Assembly (NCBI GenBank): GCA_039795225.1
Contig: JBDKEN010000002.1
Location: 1,130,163 to 1,194,162 of the forward strand
Reading direction: 5' to 3'
DNA: 64,000 nucleotides
DNA from: Bacteroidota bacterium
GTDB taxonomy: Bacteria > Bacteroidota > Ignavibacteria > Kapaibacteriales > Kapaibacteriaceae
Shown here: positions 40,040-48,375 of the stretch, piece by piece
How the letters are laid out: each line of letters opens with the position of its first letter
Position numbering within the stretch: the stretch's first letter is position 1
Made by a program: the position numbers and the translations under genes
Notes under the pieces: generated by a model
Seen by the model: only the letters and a program-made list of their open reading frames with translations
Told to the model about the DNA's origin: nothing
Databases searched by the model: none

Positions 40040-40126
40040 GGAAAGGTGCAAGAGTGGTTGAATTGGCACGCCTGGAAAGCGTGTGTGCCGGCAACGGTAC
40101 CGCGGGTTCGAATCCCGCCCTTTCCG
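40040..40126 (+). tRNA. tRNA-Ser (anticodon GGA), class II with long variable arm; CCA not encoded
   Basis: GGAAAGG-TG-CAA-GAGTGGTTGAA-TTG-G-CACGC-CTGGAAA-GCGTG-[TGTGCCGGCAACGGTACC]-GCGGG-TTCGAAT-CCCGC-CCTTTCC-G. Nearly collinear with E. coli tRNA-Ser(GGA). Confidence 0.95.
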
Positions 40127-40193
40127 CGACTTTACGGTCGCGACTAGCGGTCCGCTGACGTTTTATCGGCATCTCTCGGGCATACCACCGCGT

Positions 40194-40652
40194 ATGAACT
40201 TCATCAGACGGTACATGCCGCAGGGCATCACCAAAATCGTGGGATGGAGCGCCGTTGTGCTTGTTGCGGCTGCAACACTCGGTCTTCTCGGGTCGCTGGT
40301 CTGGCGCGTGCTGCACCCACCGGTGTCGCCTCTCGCCAACGAGGATGACCCACGAAGCGCGATCCAGCTTGAGGTGGTCAATGCCTCCGGAAGGAAAGGG
40401 GCAGGCAAGGTCGCCCTTGATTTTTACCGGAAGCGTGGGTTCGATGTTGTTGAGATATCCACCTTCGCCGAGAACCTCCGCAGGTCACGGGTGGTCGATC
40501 GAGTCGGCGACCGGCAGTCGGCATTGAAAGTTGCCAAGGTGATCGGAATTGCAGACACGCTTGTGACTGCAGAAATCGATTCCCTACGGTTTCTGAAGGC
40601 CTCGGTAATTCTTGGTTCGGATCTCGACAAGCTCGAGCCATTCCGAGACTGA
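40194..40652 (+). CDS. LytR_C-domain membrane-anchored protein
   Basis: N-terminal TM segment (IVGWSAVVLVAAATLGLLGSLVW), then IQLEVVNASGRKGAGKVALDFYRKRGFDVVEIST...ASVILGSD, which is typical of the LytR C-terminal domain. ATG 40194 is chosen because the longer ORF overlaps the tRNA. Confidence 0.7.
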   Translation: MNFIRRYMPQGITKIVGWSAVVLVAAATLGLLGSLVWRVLHPPVSPLANEDDPRSAIQLEVVNASGRKGAGKVALDFYRKRGFDVVEISTFAENLRRSRVVDRVGDRQSALKVAKVIGIADTLVTAEIDSLRFLKASVILGSDLDKLEPFRD

Positions 40653-40741
40653 AGTACAACGCCGCACATCCGAAGGTCATCCACCCTTCAACGCAAAACG
40701 CAACTACCACCCCTAAAACTTCAATCTGAGAAAACGCCTAC

Positions 40742-41149
40742 GTGAAACCCCGCAGTACCAAAGGACGCGCCGTACTCTGCGCCAGACTGGCCCAGGAGAA
40801 GATGGCGCACGATATTCTGATCCTCGACCTTACCAGTATCGACACCTCGCCAGCCGATTTTTTTGTGATCGTGACTGTTGATTCCGAGGCACAAATCAAG
40901 GCCGTGACAGACAGCATTGAAGTTACCCTAAAGACAATGGGGTTTGGGTACCCAAACCATGAGGGCAAGGGAACGTCAACGTGGGTGATCCTCGATTACT
41001 TTGATGTTGTTGTTCACGTTATGCTCGGATCGGCCAGAGAGTTTTACAAGCTTGAGCGACTCTGGGGCGATGCCAAGGCCTACACGCTCACAGAGTCGGG
41101 TGCGGCAAAGGCGACCACGATCAAGACGCGAAAGGCAGTAGAGGTATGA
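40742..41149 (+). CDS. rsfS: Ribosomal silencing factor RsfS (iojap family)
   Basis: KMAHDILILDL, ADFFVIVTVDS, WVILDYFDVVVHVM, YKLERLW motifs. GTG start. Confidence 0.88.
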   Translation: MKPRSTKGRAVLCARLAQEKMAHDILILDLTSIDTSPADFFVIVTVDSEAQIKAVTDSIEVTLKTMGFGYPNHEGKGTSTWVILDYFDVVVHVMLGSAREFYKLERLWGDAKAYTLTESGAAKATTIKTRKAVEV

Positions 41150-42789
41150 TGCAGAAGTACATTGAGCCGGCGCTGCGTCAGGCCGCTGCTTCAACTGGTT
41201 TGGAGATTGAAGGACCAATCCCCTTTGGAGTTCCGAAGCAACAGGGACAGGGGCATCTCTCGACAAACATCGCAATGATGCACGCGAAGCGGCTGGGCAA
41301 ACAACCTCGAGCCTTTGCGCAAGAAATTGTTGATGCTGTTGCGCCAAACGACCTCGTCGAGGTCATTGAGGTAGCCGGTCCCGGTTTCATCAACATCACG
41401 TTTCGTGATTCCGTCTATCATCTGCTGATGCAGGATCTCGACCTTCTTGATGATGCCATTGGTCGCTCGGCCGTGGGAGTAGGGCGGACGATGAACATCG
41501 AGTATGTCAGTGCCAATCCAACGGGCCCCCTTCATGCAGGTCACGGACGAAACTGCGCCGTAGGTGACACCATTGCGAATCTGTTCGCGTGGAATGGCTA
41601 TGATGTAACGCGGGAATACTACTTCAACAACGCTGGCAACCAGATGAACATGCTCGGACGGAGCATCTACGTTCGCCTGCAGCACGCACTTGGCAATAGT
41701 GAAGTATCATTTCCAGAAGACGGCTACCACGGGGAGTACATTCACGAGATTGCCGCAAGCCTTGCGGCCGAGCGCGGCGATGAGTTGCGCCAGATGTCGG
41801 AGGCTGATGCACTTGCGGTTTGTCGCAAGAGCGGAGAAGAGTGGTGCTTCGCATCGATAAAACGTACACTCGAAGCTCTGAACATTCAGCATGACATTTA
41901 CTTCAATGAGGACTCACTCTACAGCAGCGGCAAGGTTGCAGCCACAATCGAGGCCTTGCGCGAAAAGGGGCTGGTGTACGAGAAGGATGGCGCAACATGG
42001 CTTGCCCTGACGCAGCTCGGCAATCAGCAAGACAAAGTCATCGTCAAGTCGACAGGCGAGCCTACATACCGACTCCCAGATATCGCCTATCATCGCGACA
42101 AGCTCGAGCGCGGGTTTGATGTCCTCGTTGACATCTTCGGTGCCGATCACATCGCAACAGTGCCGGACGTCCTTGCCGGAGTAAAGGCGTTGGGGTTTGA
42201 TACGGAACGCGTTCGCGTGGTGATACACCAGATGGTCACCTTCGTTGAAAACGGCGAGATTGTGAAGTTCTCGAAGCGCAGCGGAAAGTCATTTACGCTC
42301 GATGACCTCATCGACGAGGTTGGAGCGGATGTTGTCCGCTTCTTCTTCATCATGCGGGCCGTTGGAACGCATCTGGAGTTTGACCTTGGGCTAGCCAAGG
42401 AAGAGGGCGACAAGAATCCAGTCTTCTACCTTCAGTATGCGCACGCGCGTATCTGCTCTATCCTTCGCAAGGCCGAAGAAAAAGGAATAGTGCTGAACCA
42501 CCAAGCCGATGTTGCGGTTCTGGTGCACCCACGCGAGATCGAATTGATCTCGCAGCTTTCCCGCATGCAATCAACCGTTGAACGGGCATGCGAGAATCTC
42601 GAACCACACGTCATTGCAGAATACCTGCGAGATCTTGCTGGTGCATACCACAACTTCTATCATGATTGTCGAATCATTGGCGCAGAGCCGGACCTTGAGT
42701 CGGCGCGTCTTCTGCTGGCGGATGTCACTCGCCGTGCGATGCGGAACGGATTGCAGATTCTTGGCGTAGCCTCGCCCGATCGAATGTAG
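41146..42789 (+). CDS. argS: Arginine--tRNA ligase
   Basis: Class I HIGH variant SANPTGPLHAGHGRN, ArgRS anticodon-binding C-terminus, and final residues DRM. ATGA overlap with rsfS. Confidence 0.95.
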   Translation: MMQKYIEPALRQAAASTGLEIEGPIPFGVPKQQGQGHLSTNIAMMHAKRLGKQPRAFAQEIVDAVAPNDLVEVIEVAGPGFINITFRDSVYHLLMQDLDLLDDAIGRSAVGVGRTMNIEYVSANPTGPLHAGHGRNCAVGDTIANLFAWNGYDVTREYYFNNAGNQMNMLGRSIYVRLQHALGNSEVSFPEDGYHGEYIHEIAASLAAERGDELRQMSEADALAVCRKSGEEWCFASIKRTLEALNIQHDIYFNEDSLYSSGKVAATIEALREKGLVYEKDGATWLALTQLGNQQDKVIVKSTGEPTYRLPDIAYHRDKLERGFDVLVDIFGADHIATVPDVLAGVKALGFDTERVRVVIHQMVTFVENGEIVKFSKRSGKSFTLDDLIDEVGADVVRFFFIMRAVGTHLEFDLGLAKEEGDKNPVFYLQYAHARICSILRKAEEKGIVLNHQADVAVLVHPREIELISQLSRMQSTVERACENLEPHVIAEYLRDLAGAYHNFYHDCRIIGAEPDLESARLLLADVTRRAMRNGLQILGVASPDRM

Positions 42790-42795
42790 TCCACC

Positions 42796-43689
42796 ATGGT
42801 CACGCGCGAATACTACTATGAGCTTGATGCACGGGGCGTGCTAACGCTCGATGGTGTCGTGCAAGATGATCCATGGTTCGTCGACTTTTTCTTTCGACGA
42901 CTTGCCCCAACGGCGAACCCGGATTACCCGGAGTATCCGTATGTGAGCCGCTGCGGAGAAGAGATGAACTACCTGCGTGTGCAGGATACGCCGATCGTTT
43001 ATACTGGGTATCACGATGGACGGCTCGCGTACGCTCATTCATTGTCGACGGCGTTTGCTCCCGAAAAGCTTGCCTACTCCTCCGACGGCGTAATCTATCA
43101 TTGGGCGCCCGTTGGAGAATGGGGGCGTCTCGTGCCACAGGTAGCCGTCGAGATTTCACGACATATCGATCCATGGGGGCCGTTCTATGCCTACCGTGCA
43201 TCTGATTCGTCACACGTTGTCCCTCTGACGCCTTTAGCTGAGCACGATGAGTTACAAATTCTCCGTCCCAAACCGGAGAACCACTGCGTGGGTTGCGGGT
43301 TGGCGAACCCGTTTTCCCTTCGACTGACTTTCCTGCGAAATCGCCATGATCGCATCGTACGGACGTGGATTCGTCCTGACCAGCGGATGGAGGGGGCACT
43401 CGGGACAACCCACGGTGGATTCATCTCGCTGTTACTCGATGAGGCCATGGGCAAGACCCTCAGCGCAATGGGCATTCGTGCCCCAACCGCCAATTTGAAT
43501 GTGAATTTTCGGCGTCCTATGCGTCTTGGTCGTGAGTATGAAGTTCGCGCATGGATCGTCACGCAACAAGGACGCAAGCAGTTCGTCAATGCTGAGGTTC
43601 GCTCGGTGGACGATCAACAGGTGATTGCTGAAGCCGAGGCGTTGTTCCTTCAATTGCGGCCAGATGCCGATACTGCCCCCCAGGGATGA
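42796..43689 (+). CDS. DUF4505 (UPF0598)-like N-terminal domain fused to a PaaI/hotdog thioesterase domain
   Basis: N-terminus YYYELDARGVLTLDGVVQDDPWFVDFFFRRL...YPYVSRCGEEMNYLRVQDTPIVYTG resembles the UPF0598/C8orf82 family. C-terminus has CVGCGLANPFSL and THGGFISLLLDEAMG, as in a PaaI-type hotdog. Confidence 0.6.
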   Translation: MVTREYYYELDARGVLTLDGVVQDDPWFVDFFFRRLAPTANPDYPEYPYVSRCGEEMNYLRVQDTPIVYTGYHDGRLAYAHSLSTAFAPEKLAYSSDGVIYHWAPVGEWGRLVPQVAVEISRHIDPWGPFYAYRASDSSHVVPLTPLAEHDELQILRPKPENHCVGCGLANPFSLRLTFLRNRHDRIVRTWIRPDQRMEGALGTTHGGFISLLLDEAMGKTLSAMGIRAPTANLNVNFRRPMRLGREYEVRAWIVTQQGRKQFVNAEVRSVDDQQVIAEAEALFLQLRPDADTAPQG

Positions 43690-45029
43690 ATCACCAACCG
43701 AATATGCTGCTCTTCGGTGCTACGCTCAGTACCGTGTTCCTTCTTCTTGACCTCTACGTGCTCCGGCATTGGACGTCATTTGCCAAGCGCCGTAATCTGG
43801 GTGCTTGGTGGTATCGGATTCCGTGGAGTATCGGAGCAGTCATTTTTGTCGTCCTGATCGTGATGCTCCTTCGCCGGCATTTCTTTCGCATGGATGGCTT
43901 TGACGTCACGCTGCTAGGCTTTGTCTCACTCTGGTACCTGCCAAAGTTTGGTATTGCGTTGTTCCTGCTGGTCCGAGATGGAATTCGCGTTGGGGGAGCC
44001 CTTCTGCGCAAGCTCCGTGGCACCACAACATTCGCTGCTACTGATGAGGTGCACCCTCCGTTGGTTCAGGCGACAGCGTCAACGGCAATTGTCGATTCCG
44101 ACAGCACAACGGTGCATGCCTCAAGGCGTGCCTTTCTCGGGACTGCCGCGTGGTCCATGTCTGCCATTCCCTTTGTCATGGTCGGAAGGGGCATGTGGAG
44201 TACGCTTTATGATTTTCAGATCTATCGTGTTGACATCCAGATACCGCGGCTTCCGCGCGCGCTCGATGGTTTTCGGATCGCACAACTTTCTGACGTTCAT
44301 GCTGGGTCATTCCCGGATCACCGACCATTTCAGGAAGTGCGTCGCATTGTTGCGTCAGAACGCGTTGATGCAGTTGTGATTACGGGAGATTTTGTCAACC
44401 AACGTCCACAAGAGCTTGCTCTCATTGCCGAGGAGCTTCAACGTCTGACGGCCCCCTACGGCGTCTTTGGTTCACTTGGTAATCACGATCACTACAACTC
44501 ACCCCAGGAGCACGACCAGCTTGTACGTGGACTTCGTGGAATGGGTGTTGATCTTCTGATTAATGAACATCGGCGTCTCGGTGCTGACGGTGCATCAATC
44601 GTTATCGCTGGGACTGACAATACGGGTTTCCGTCAAAACTTTGCGCGGCTCGACCAAGCGCTCGATACTGTGCATCCCGAGGATCCGATCATCTTACTTG
44701 CCCACGATCCAACATTTTGGGATCGTGAAGTCGTGGCCAAAACACCTGTCGATCTGATGCTATCCGGTCACACCCATGGGGGGCAGTTCGGTGTTCAACT
44801 GCTTGGTTTTGAATGGAGCCCCGCTCAGCACATTTACAAGCAATGGGCTGGACACTATTCAAAGGGTGAGCAGCAGCTCTATGTAAACCGCGGTATCGGG
44901 ACGGTTGGTCCGCCAATGCGCATCGGAGTGCCACCGGAGATTACGGTGTTCACACTTCGCTCAGCTCCTTTCGATAGGGGGCTTGCACATCAACGGCGAG
45001 ACGTATTACCGGAGATACTGAAGGGCTGA
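43686..45029 (+). CDS. Membrane-anchored metallophosphoesterase (YkuE-like)
   Basis: About four N-terminal TM helices, then the calcineurin-like motifs LSDVHAG, GDFV, GNHD, GHTHGGQ. The 3' end overlaps the convergent M20 gene by 24 nt. Confidence 0.82.
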   Translation: MNHQPNMLLFGATLSTVFLLLDLYVLRHWTSFAKRRNLGAWWYRIPWSIGAVIFVVLIVMLLRRHFFRMDGFDVTLLGFVSLWYLPKFGIALFLLVRDGIRVGGALLRKLRGTTTFAATDEVHPPLVQATASTAIVDSDSTTVHASRRAFLGTAAWSMSAIPFVMVGRGMWSTLYDFQIYRVDIQIPRLPRALDGFRIAQLSDVHAGSFPDHRPFQEVRRIVASERVDAVVITGDFVNQRPQELALIAEELQRLTAPYGVFGSLGNHDHYNSPQEHDQLVRGLRGMGVDLLINEHRRLGADGASIVIAGTDNTGFRQNFARLDQALDTVHPEDPIILLAHDPTFWDREVVAKTPVDLMLSGHTHGGQFGVQLLGFEWSPAQHIYKQWAGHYSKGEQQLYVNRGIGTVGPPMRIGVPPEITVFTLRSAPFDRGLAHQRRDVLPEILKG

Positions 45030-46169
45030 TTCCGCAAGGAGCGCAGCTCCAGCCTTCATTGCCTCTTCTTCGGGGGCAAACTTGGGGTTGTGCAGGCCAG
45101 GCATCTTCTCAAGGCCTGAAGGTCGGCCACCTAACATCCAGAAGCAGGCAGGAATAGACTGCGAGTAGTATGCGAAGTCCTCTGCCCACATCTTGGGTTC
45201 AAAGTCGTGCACAGCTGCAGAACCGAGAACCGTTTGAGCGACCCCGCGAGCAAATGCCACTGCATTGTGATCATTGATCAACGGTGGATACCCCTTCGAA
45301 ATCTCAAGCGATCCCTCACATTGATGAAGTCGACAGTAGTCGCGCGTCTGCTCAGTCAAGAACTCCCACGCCTGTTCGCGCCACTGCGGATTAAACGCTC
45401 GCAGGGTGCCCTTCATTTCGACGATGTCTGGAATAATGTTTGTGGCTGATCCGCCGTGAATGCTCGTAATCGTGAGTACTCCGGGATCGAGTGGGTTGCG
45501 ACGCTTCGTAATGAGTGATTGAAGGTGTTGAACAAGGCCAGCCGCGGCCAGGATAGGGTCCTTGCCACGATGTGGCTGGGCTGCATGGGCTCCAAATCCG
45601 CGAATCGTCCAGTAGAGTTCGTCGGACGATGCAAGCATTGGTCCGGCAACAAATGAGACCTGGCCAAATGTTTGATCGGGGTCGATATGCTGACCAAGAA
45701 TCATCTGCGGAACTGGATTCTCGAGAGCTCCTTCAGCGATCATGATGCTCGCTCCACCGGGATTTTTTTCCTCTCCGGGCTGGAACAGCAATTTGACGGT
45801 GCCGTTGAGATGCGCCTCATGCTCCTTAAGCACCCGAGCTGCAGCAAGCAACATCGTTGTATGAGTGTCGTGTCCGCATGCGTGCATGGCGCCGGGACGT
45901 TGTGATGCGTAGTCCAGTCCCGTTTCCTCATCAATGGGCAGAGCGTCGATGTCAGCCCGGAGAGCGATACAACGTTCACCGCTTCCAATGTGTGCGACAA
46001 TGCCAGTTGTTGCGATGGGGCGATGCTCGATCCCGAGATCAGTCAGGATGCTTGAAATGTATGCAGACGTGTCGTACTCGTGAAACGACAGCTCAGGATT
46101 TCGATGCAAGTGACGCCGGACCTCGATCATCCATGGGTAGTGTGCGTTCACACGTTGGCTAGTCGTCAT
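45006..46169 (-). CDS. M20D-family amidohydrolase (N-acyl-amino-acid / N-acyl-diaminopimelate deacylase-like)
   Basis: MIEVRRHLHRNPELSFHE, MHACGHDTHT, and LLFQPGEE motifs. ATG 46169 is chosen; the TTG ORF opens at 46220. Confidence 0.82.
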   Translation of the reverse strand: MTTSQRVNAHYPWMIEVRRHLHRNPELSFHEYDTSAYISSILTDLGIEHRPIATTGIVAHIGSGERCIALRADIDALPIDEETGLDYASQRPGAMHACGHDTHTTMLLAAARVLKEHEAHLNGTVKLLFQPGEEKNPGGASIMIAEGALENPVPQMILGQHIDPDQTFGQVSFVAGPMLASSDELYWTIRGFGAHAAQPHRGKDPILAAAGLVQHLQSLITKRRNPLDPGVLTITSIHGGSATNIIPDIVEMKGTLRAFNPQWREQAWEFLTEQTRDYCRLHQCEGSLEISKGYPPLINDHNAVAFARGVAQTVLGSAAVHDFEPKMWAEDFAYYSQSIPACFWMLGGRPSGLEKMPGLHNPKFAPEEEAMKAGAALLAESALQYLR

Positions 46170-46953
46170 ACAAAGCATCTCCTCGCAGTTCAATCGAATC
46201 AATGTGTCCGGCGTGTGCAAATATCGTTACCATCAACGGCCTGCCGCTCGGAGGAATTACACTGAAGTTCTCAACCGACGGGTTACGCATCCACATCGTT
46301 ACCGCAGCACTCACGGCCCCTGTTCCGCAGGCCTGCGTAATTGCCTCAACGCCTCGTTCGAAGGTTGCCAACTGCAGCGTTGCCGGACCGCCAATCTGCA
46401 ATAGGTTGACATTGACGCCACGGGGGAAATCGGGGTGATGACGAAGGCGAAGAACGAGTGGATTGGACGCATCATGTTCGGCGTCAATAACGACATGGTC
46501 GCTGTTCACGTCGACGTACCAGAGTGGGGCATCCACTCCATCGAGCGATCCGGCAGGGTAGAATCGCATCTGTGACGGAGTTGGCATCCGTAGGCCGATT
46601 GTATGGTCGCTATACTGACGAGCGGTGTACTGCATGCCATTGAACGTGCACTCTATCCAGCCTTCGGGTGAAGCCCCATTATCGATGCCGTAGCGGATTG
46701 CACACCGTGCCCCGTTGCCGCAGAGCATGCCACGACTACCATCCGGGTTGTAAAATTCAACATTGATTGCTGATGCGTGGATCTCTCGCATGCGCAGGAT
46801 GCCCTCGATCGGCGCTGCGTCACCACGTGCGTGGAGCTGGAGGAGCTCCCGCACCTGCTCATTGGTAAGTGGTAATGCGTCATTGCGCGATTCTCGTCGA
46901 TCATCAACAAGGAGGAACCTATTGCCAGCGCCACTCATGTGAAGAGTGATCAT
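46159..46953 (-). CDS. dapF: Diaminopimelate epimerase
   Basis: MSGAGNRFLLVD, catalytic Cys motifs MLCGNGARC and ACGTGAVS. Confidence 0.92.
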   Translation of the reverse strand: MITLHMSGAGNRFLLVDDRRESRNDALPLTNEQVRELLQLHARGDAAPIEGILRMREIHASAINVEFYNPDGSRGMLCGNGARCAIRYGIDNGASPEGWIECTFNGMQYTARQYSDHTIGLRMPTPSQMRFYPAGSLDGVDAPLWYVDVNSDHVVIDAEHDASNPLVLRLRHHPDFPRGVNVNLLQIGGPATLQLATFERGVEAITQACGTGAVSAAVTMWMRNPSVENFSVIPPSGRPLMVTIFAHAGHIDSIELRGDALYDD

Positions 46954-47750
46954 GCATCAACCTCCAAGGCTGCCGTAAGCTCCGTATGGATATGGCCATT
47001 GGTTGCGATAATTGAGTCATGACCCAGCGTAAATGGTCTCCCATGATAGTGTGTTACACATCCGCCGGCTTCGGTAACAAGCAGAACGCCTGCGGCCATA
47101 TCCCATGGTTGAAGCGCTACCTCCCAATAGCCATCAAAGCGACCATCGGCGACGTAGGCCAGATCAAGGGCTGCGCTTCCCAAGCGACGCACAGGCAGCC
47201 CCTTGCCAACAATCTGGGCAAACTGTCCAATGCAGTTCAGTGGGTTGTCGTGAACGTTGTACGGAAATCCCGTAACAAGAATACTATCCTCAAGCCGGGG
47301 TGTTGCTGAAACCTGCATTCGGCGTCCATTGCAGAAGCTTCCGCGGCCAATCTGACTGGAAAACGTCTCGGCCAGTTGCGGTTGATGCACAACGCCGCAC
47401 ACAATCTGTCCATCAACAACTGCCGCAATTGAAACGCAGAACAGCGGGATGCCGTGCGCAAAATTCACCGTTCCATCAAGAGGGTCGACAACCCAAACGA
47501 GGTTGTTCTTGCCGGTATGATGCCCACTTTCTTCGGTGATGATTGTTGCATCAGGCGTGTATGAGCGAAGTACATCGATAATGCTTGCTTCGCTGCGAAA
47601 GTCGTACTCGGTAACGAGGTTGTGTCGGCCTTCTTTTGATTCGTGCGAAACGGCTGATCCAAACCCAGAAAGCAGGATATCACCCGACGTCTTGGCAGCC
47701 GTTAGTGCAATAGTGAGCAATTCATCTGTGCACATGGAGAGGTCACCCAA
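46950..47750 (-). CDS. suhB: Inositol monophosphatase family protein
   Basis: EESG, WVVDPLDGTVNF, and GSAALDLAYVADGRFDGYWE motifs. Confidence 0.9.
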   Translation of the reverse strand: MGDLSMCTDELLTIALTAAKTSGDILLSGFGSAVSHESKEGRHNLVTEYDFRSEASIIDVLRSYTPDATIITEESGHHTGKNNLVWVVDPLDGTVNFAHGIPLFCVSIAAVVDGQIVCGVVHQPQLAETFSSQIGRGSFCNGRRMQVSATPRLEDSILVTGFPYNVHDNPLNCIGQFAQIVGKGLPVRRLGSAALDLAYVADGRFDGYWEVALQPWDMAAGVLLVTEAGGCVTHYHGRPFTLGHDSIIATNGHIHTELTAALEVDA

Positions 47751-48372
47751 GAAGTGTGTTTGATTCTTTTCGAATCAGGGATGCGAGCTTTATCAAGCGG
47801 CCATTTGAGGAGGCCTCAGCAATTGGAACGTATCTGTTCAATGTGTTGGCCACATACACCAGCGGATTCTTCTTCAGATTGAAAATGAGGCAACGGAAAT
47901 TGTCGAGCCGTGCTGCAAGCTTGATCATCAGGCAATCATCACTTGAACGTCGAAAGCGTTCCGCATAGTAGATGTCGATCCGATCCGGATCGGACTTCGC
48001 TGAGTCAAGGTCTTTGGTAAGCACATCCACCACATATGCGACGTAGGACCCAAAATTGTACTCAAGCACTTCGCGAGTAATTGTCCGTGAGTCCTCCATG
48101 ACATCGTGCAGTAGGCAAGCGACGAGAAGGTCCGTGTCATAGGCGTGAAGTTCATCCATCAGGATGAGCACTGTACGAGCAACATGATCGAAGTACGCAG
48201 TGCCATCATTACGAAGCTTACCGGCATGAACAGATCGTGCCATCTCAAAAGCGTCAAGCACACGACTCACATGGATCGGGTCGCCATATTGGAGGATACG
48301 TTGCTGTAACTCCTCGGCCGTAAGTGTTCGCCGATTGTAATCTGGCTGCAGAGAGTCTTGGAACCGTTCCAT
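47743..48372 (-). CDS. Stand-alone HD-domain (p)ppGpp hydrolase-like protein (SpoT/Mesh1-type HD)
   Basis: ARSVHAGKLRNDGTAYFDHVARTV and LLHDVMEDS...FGSYVAYVVDVLTKD match the RelA/SpoT hydrolase HD domain. There is no synthetase, TGS or ACT region. Confidence 0.75.
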   Translation of the reverse strand: MERFQDSLQPDYNRRTLTAEELQQRILQYGDPIHVSRVLDAFEMARSVHAGKLRNDGTAYFDHVARTVLILMDELHAYDTDLLVACLLHDVMEDSRTITREVLEYNFGSYVAYVVDVLTKDLDSAKSDPDRIDIYYAERFRRSSDDCLMIKLAARLDNFRCLIFNLKKNPLVYVANTLNRYVPIAEASSNGRLIKLASLIRKESNTLLG

Positions 48373-48375
48373 GCT

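Noticed and set aside
40083-40193. N-terminal extension of the LytR_C ORF.
   Set aside because: It is translated from the tRNA-Ser sequence itself. The downstream ATG at 40194 precedes the TM anchor.
39893-40193. tRNA-Ser as a possible integration site for a genomic island.
   Set aside because: There is no integrase, no direct repeat of the tRNA 3' end, and no change in gene character downstream (rsfS and argS are core genes).
42800-43408. 202-aa minus-strand ORF.
   Set aside because: It is antisense to the DUF4505-thioesterase gene and is Arg/Ser-rich, which is a non-protein-like composition.
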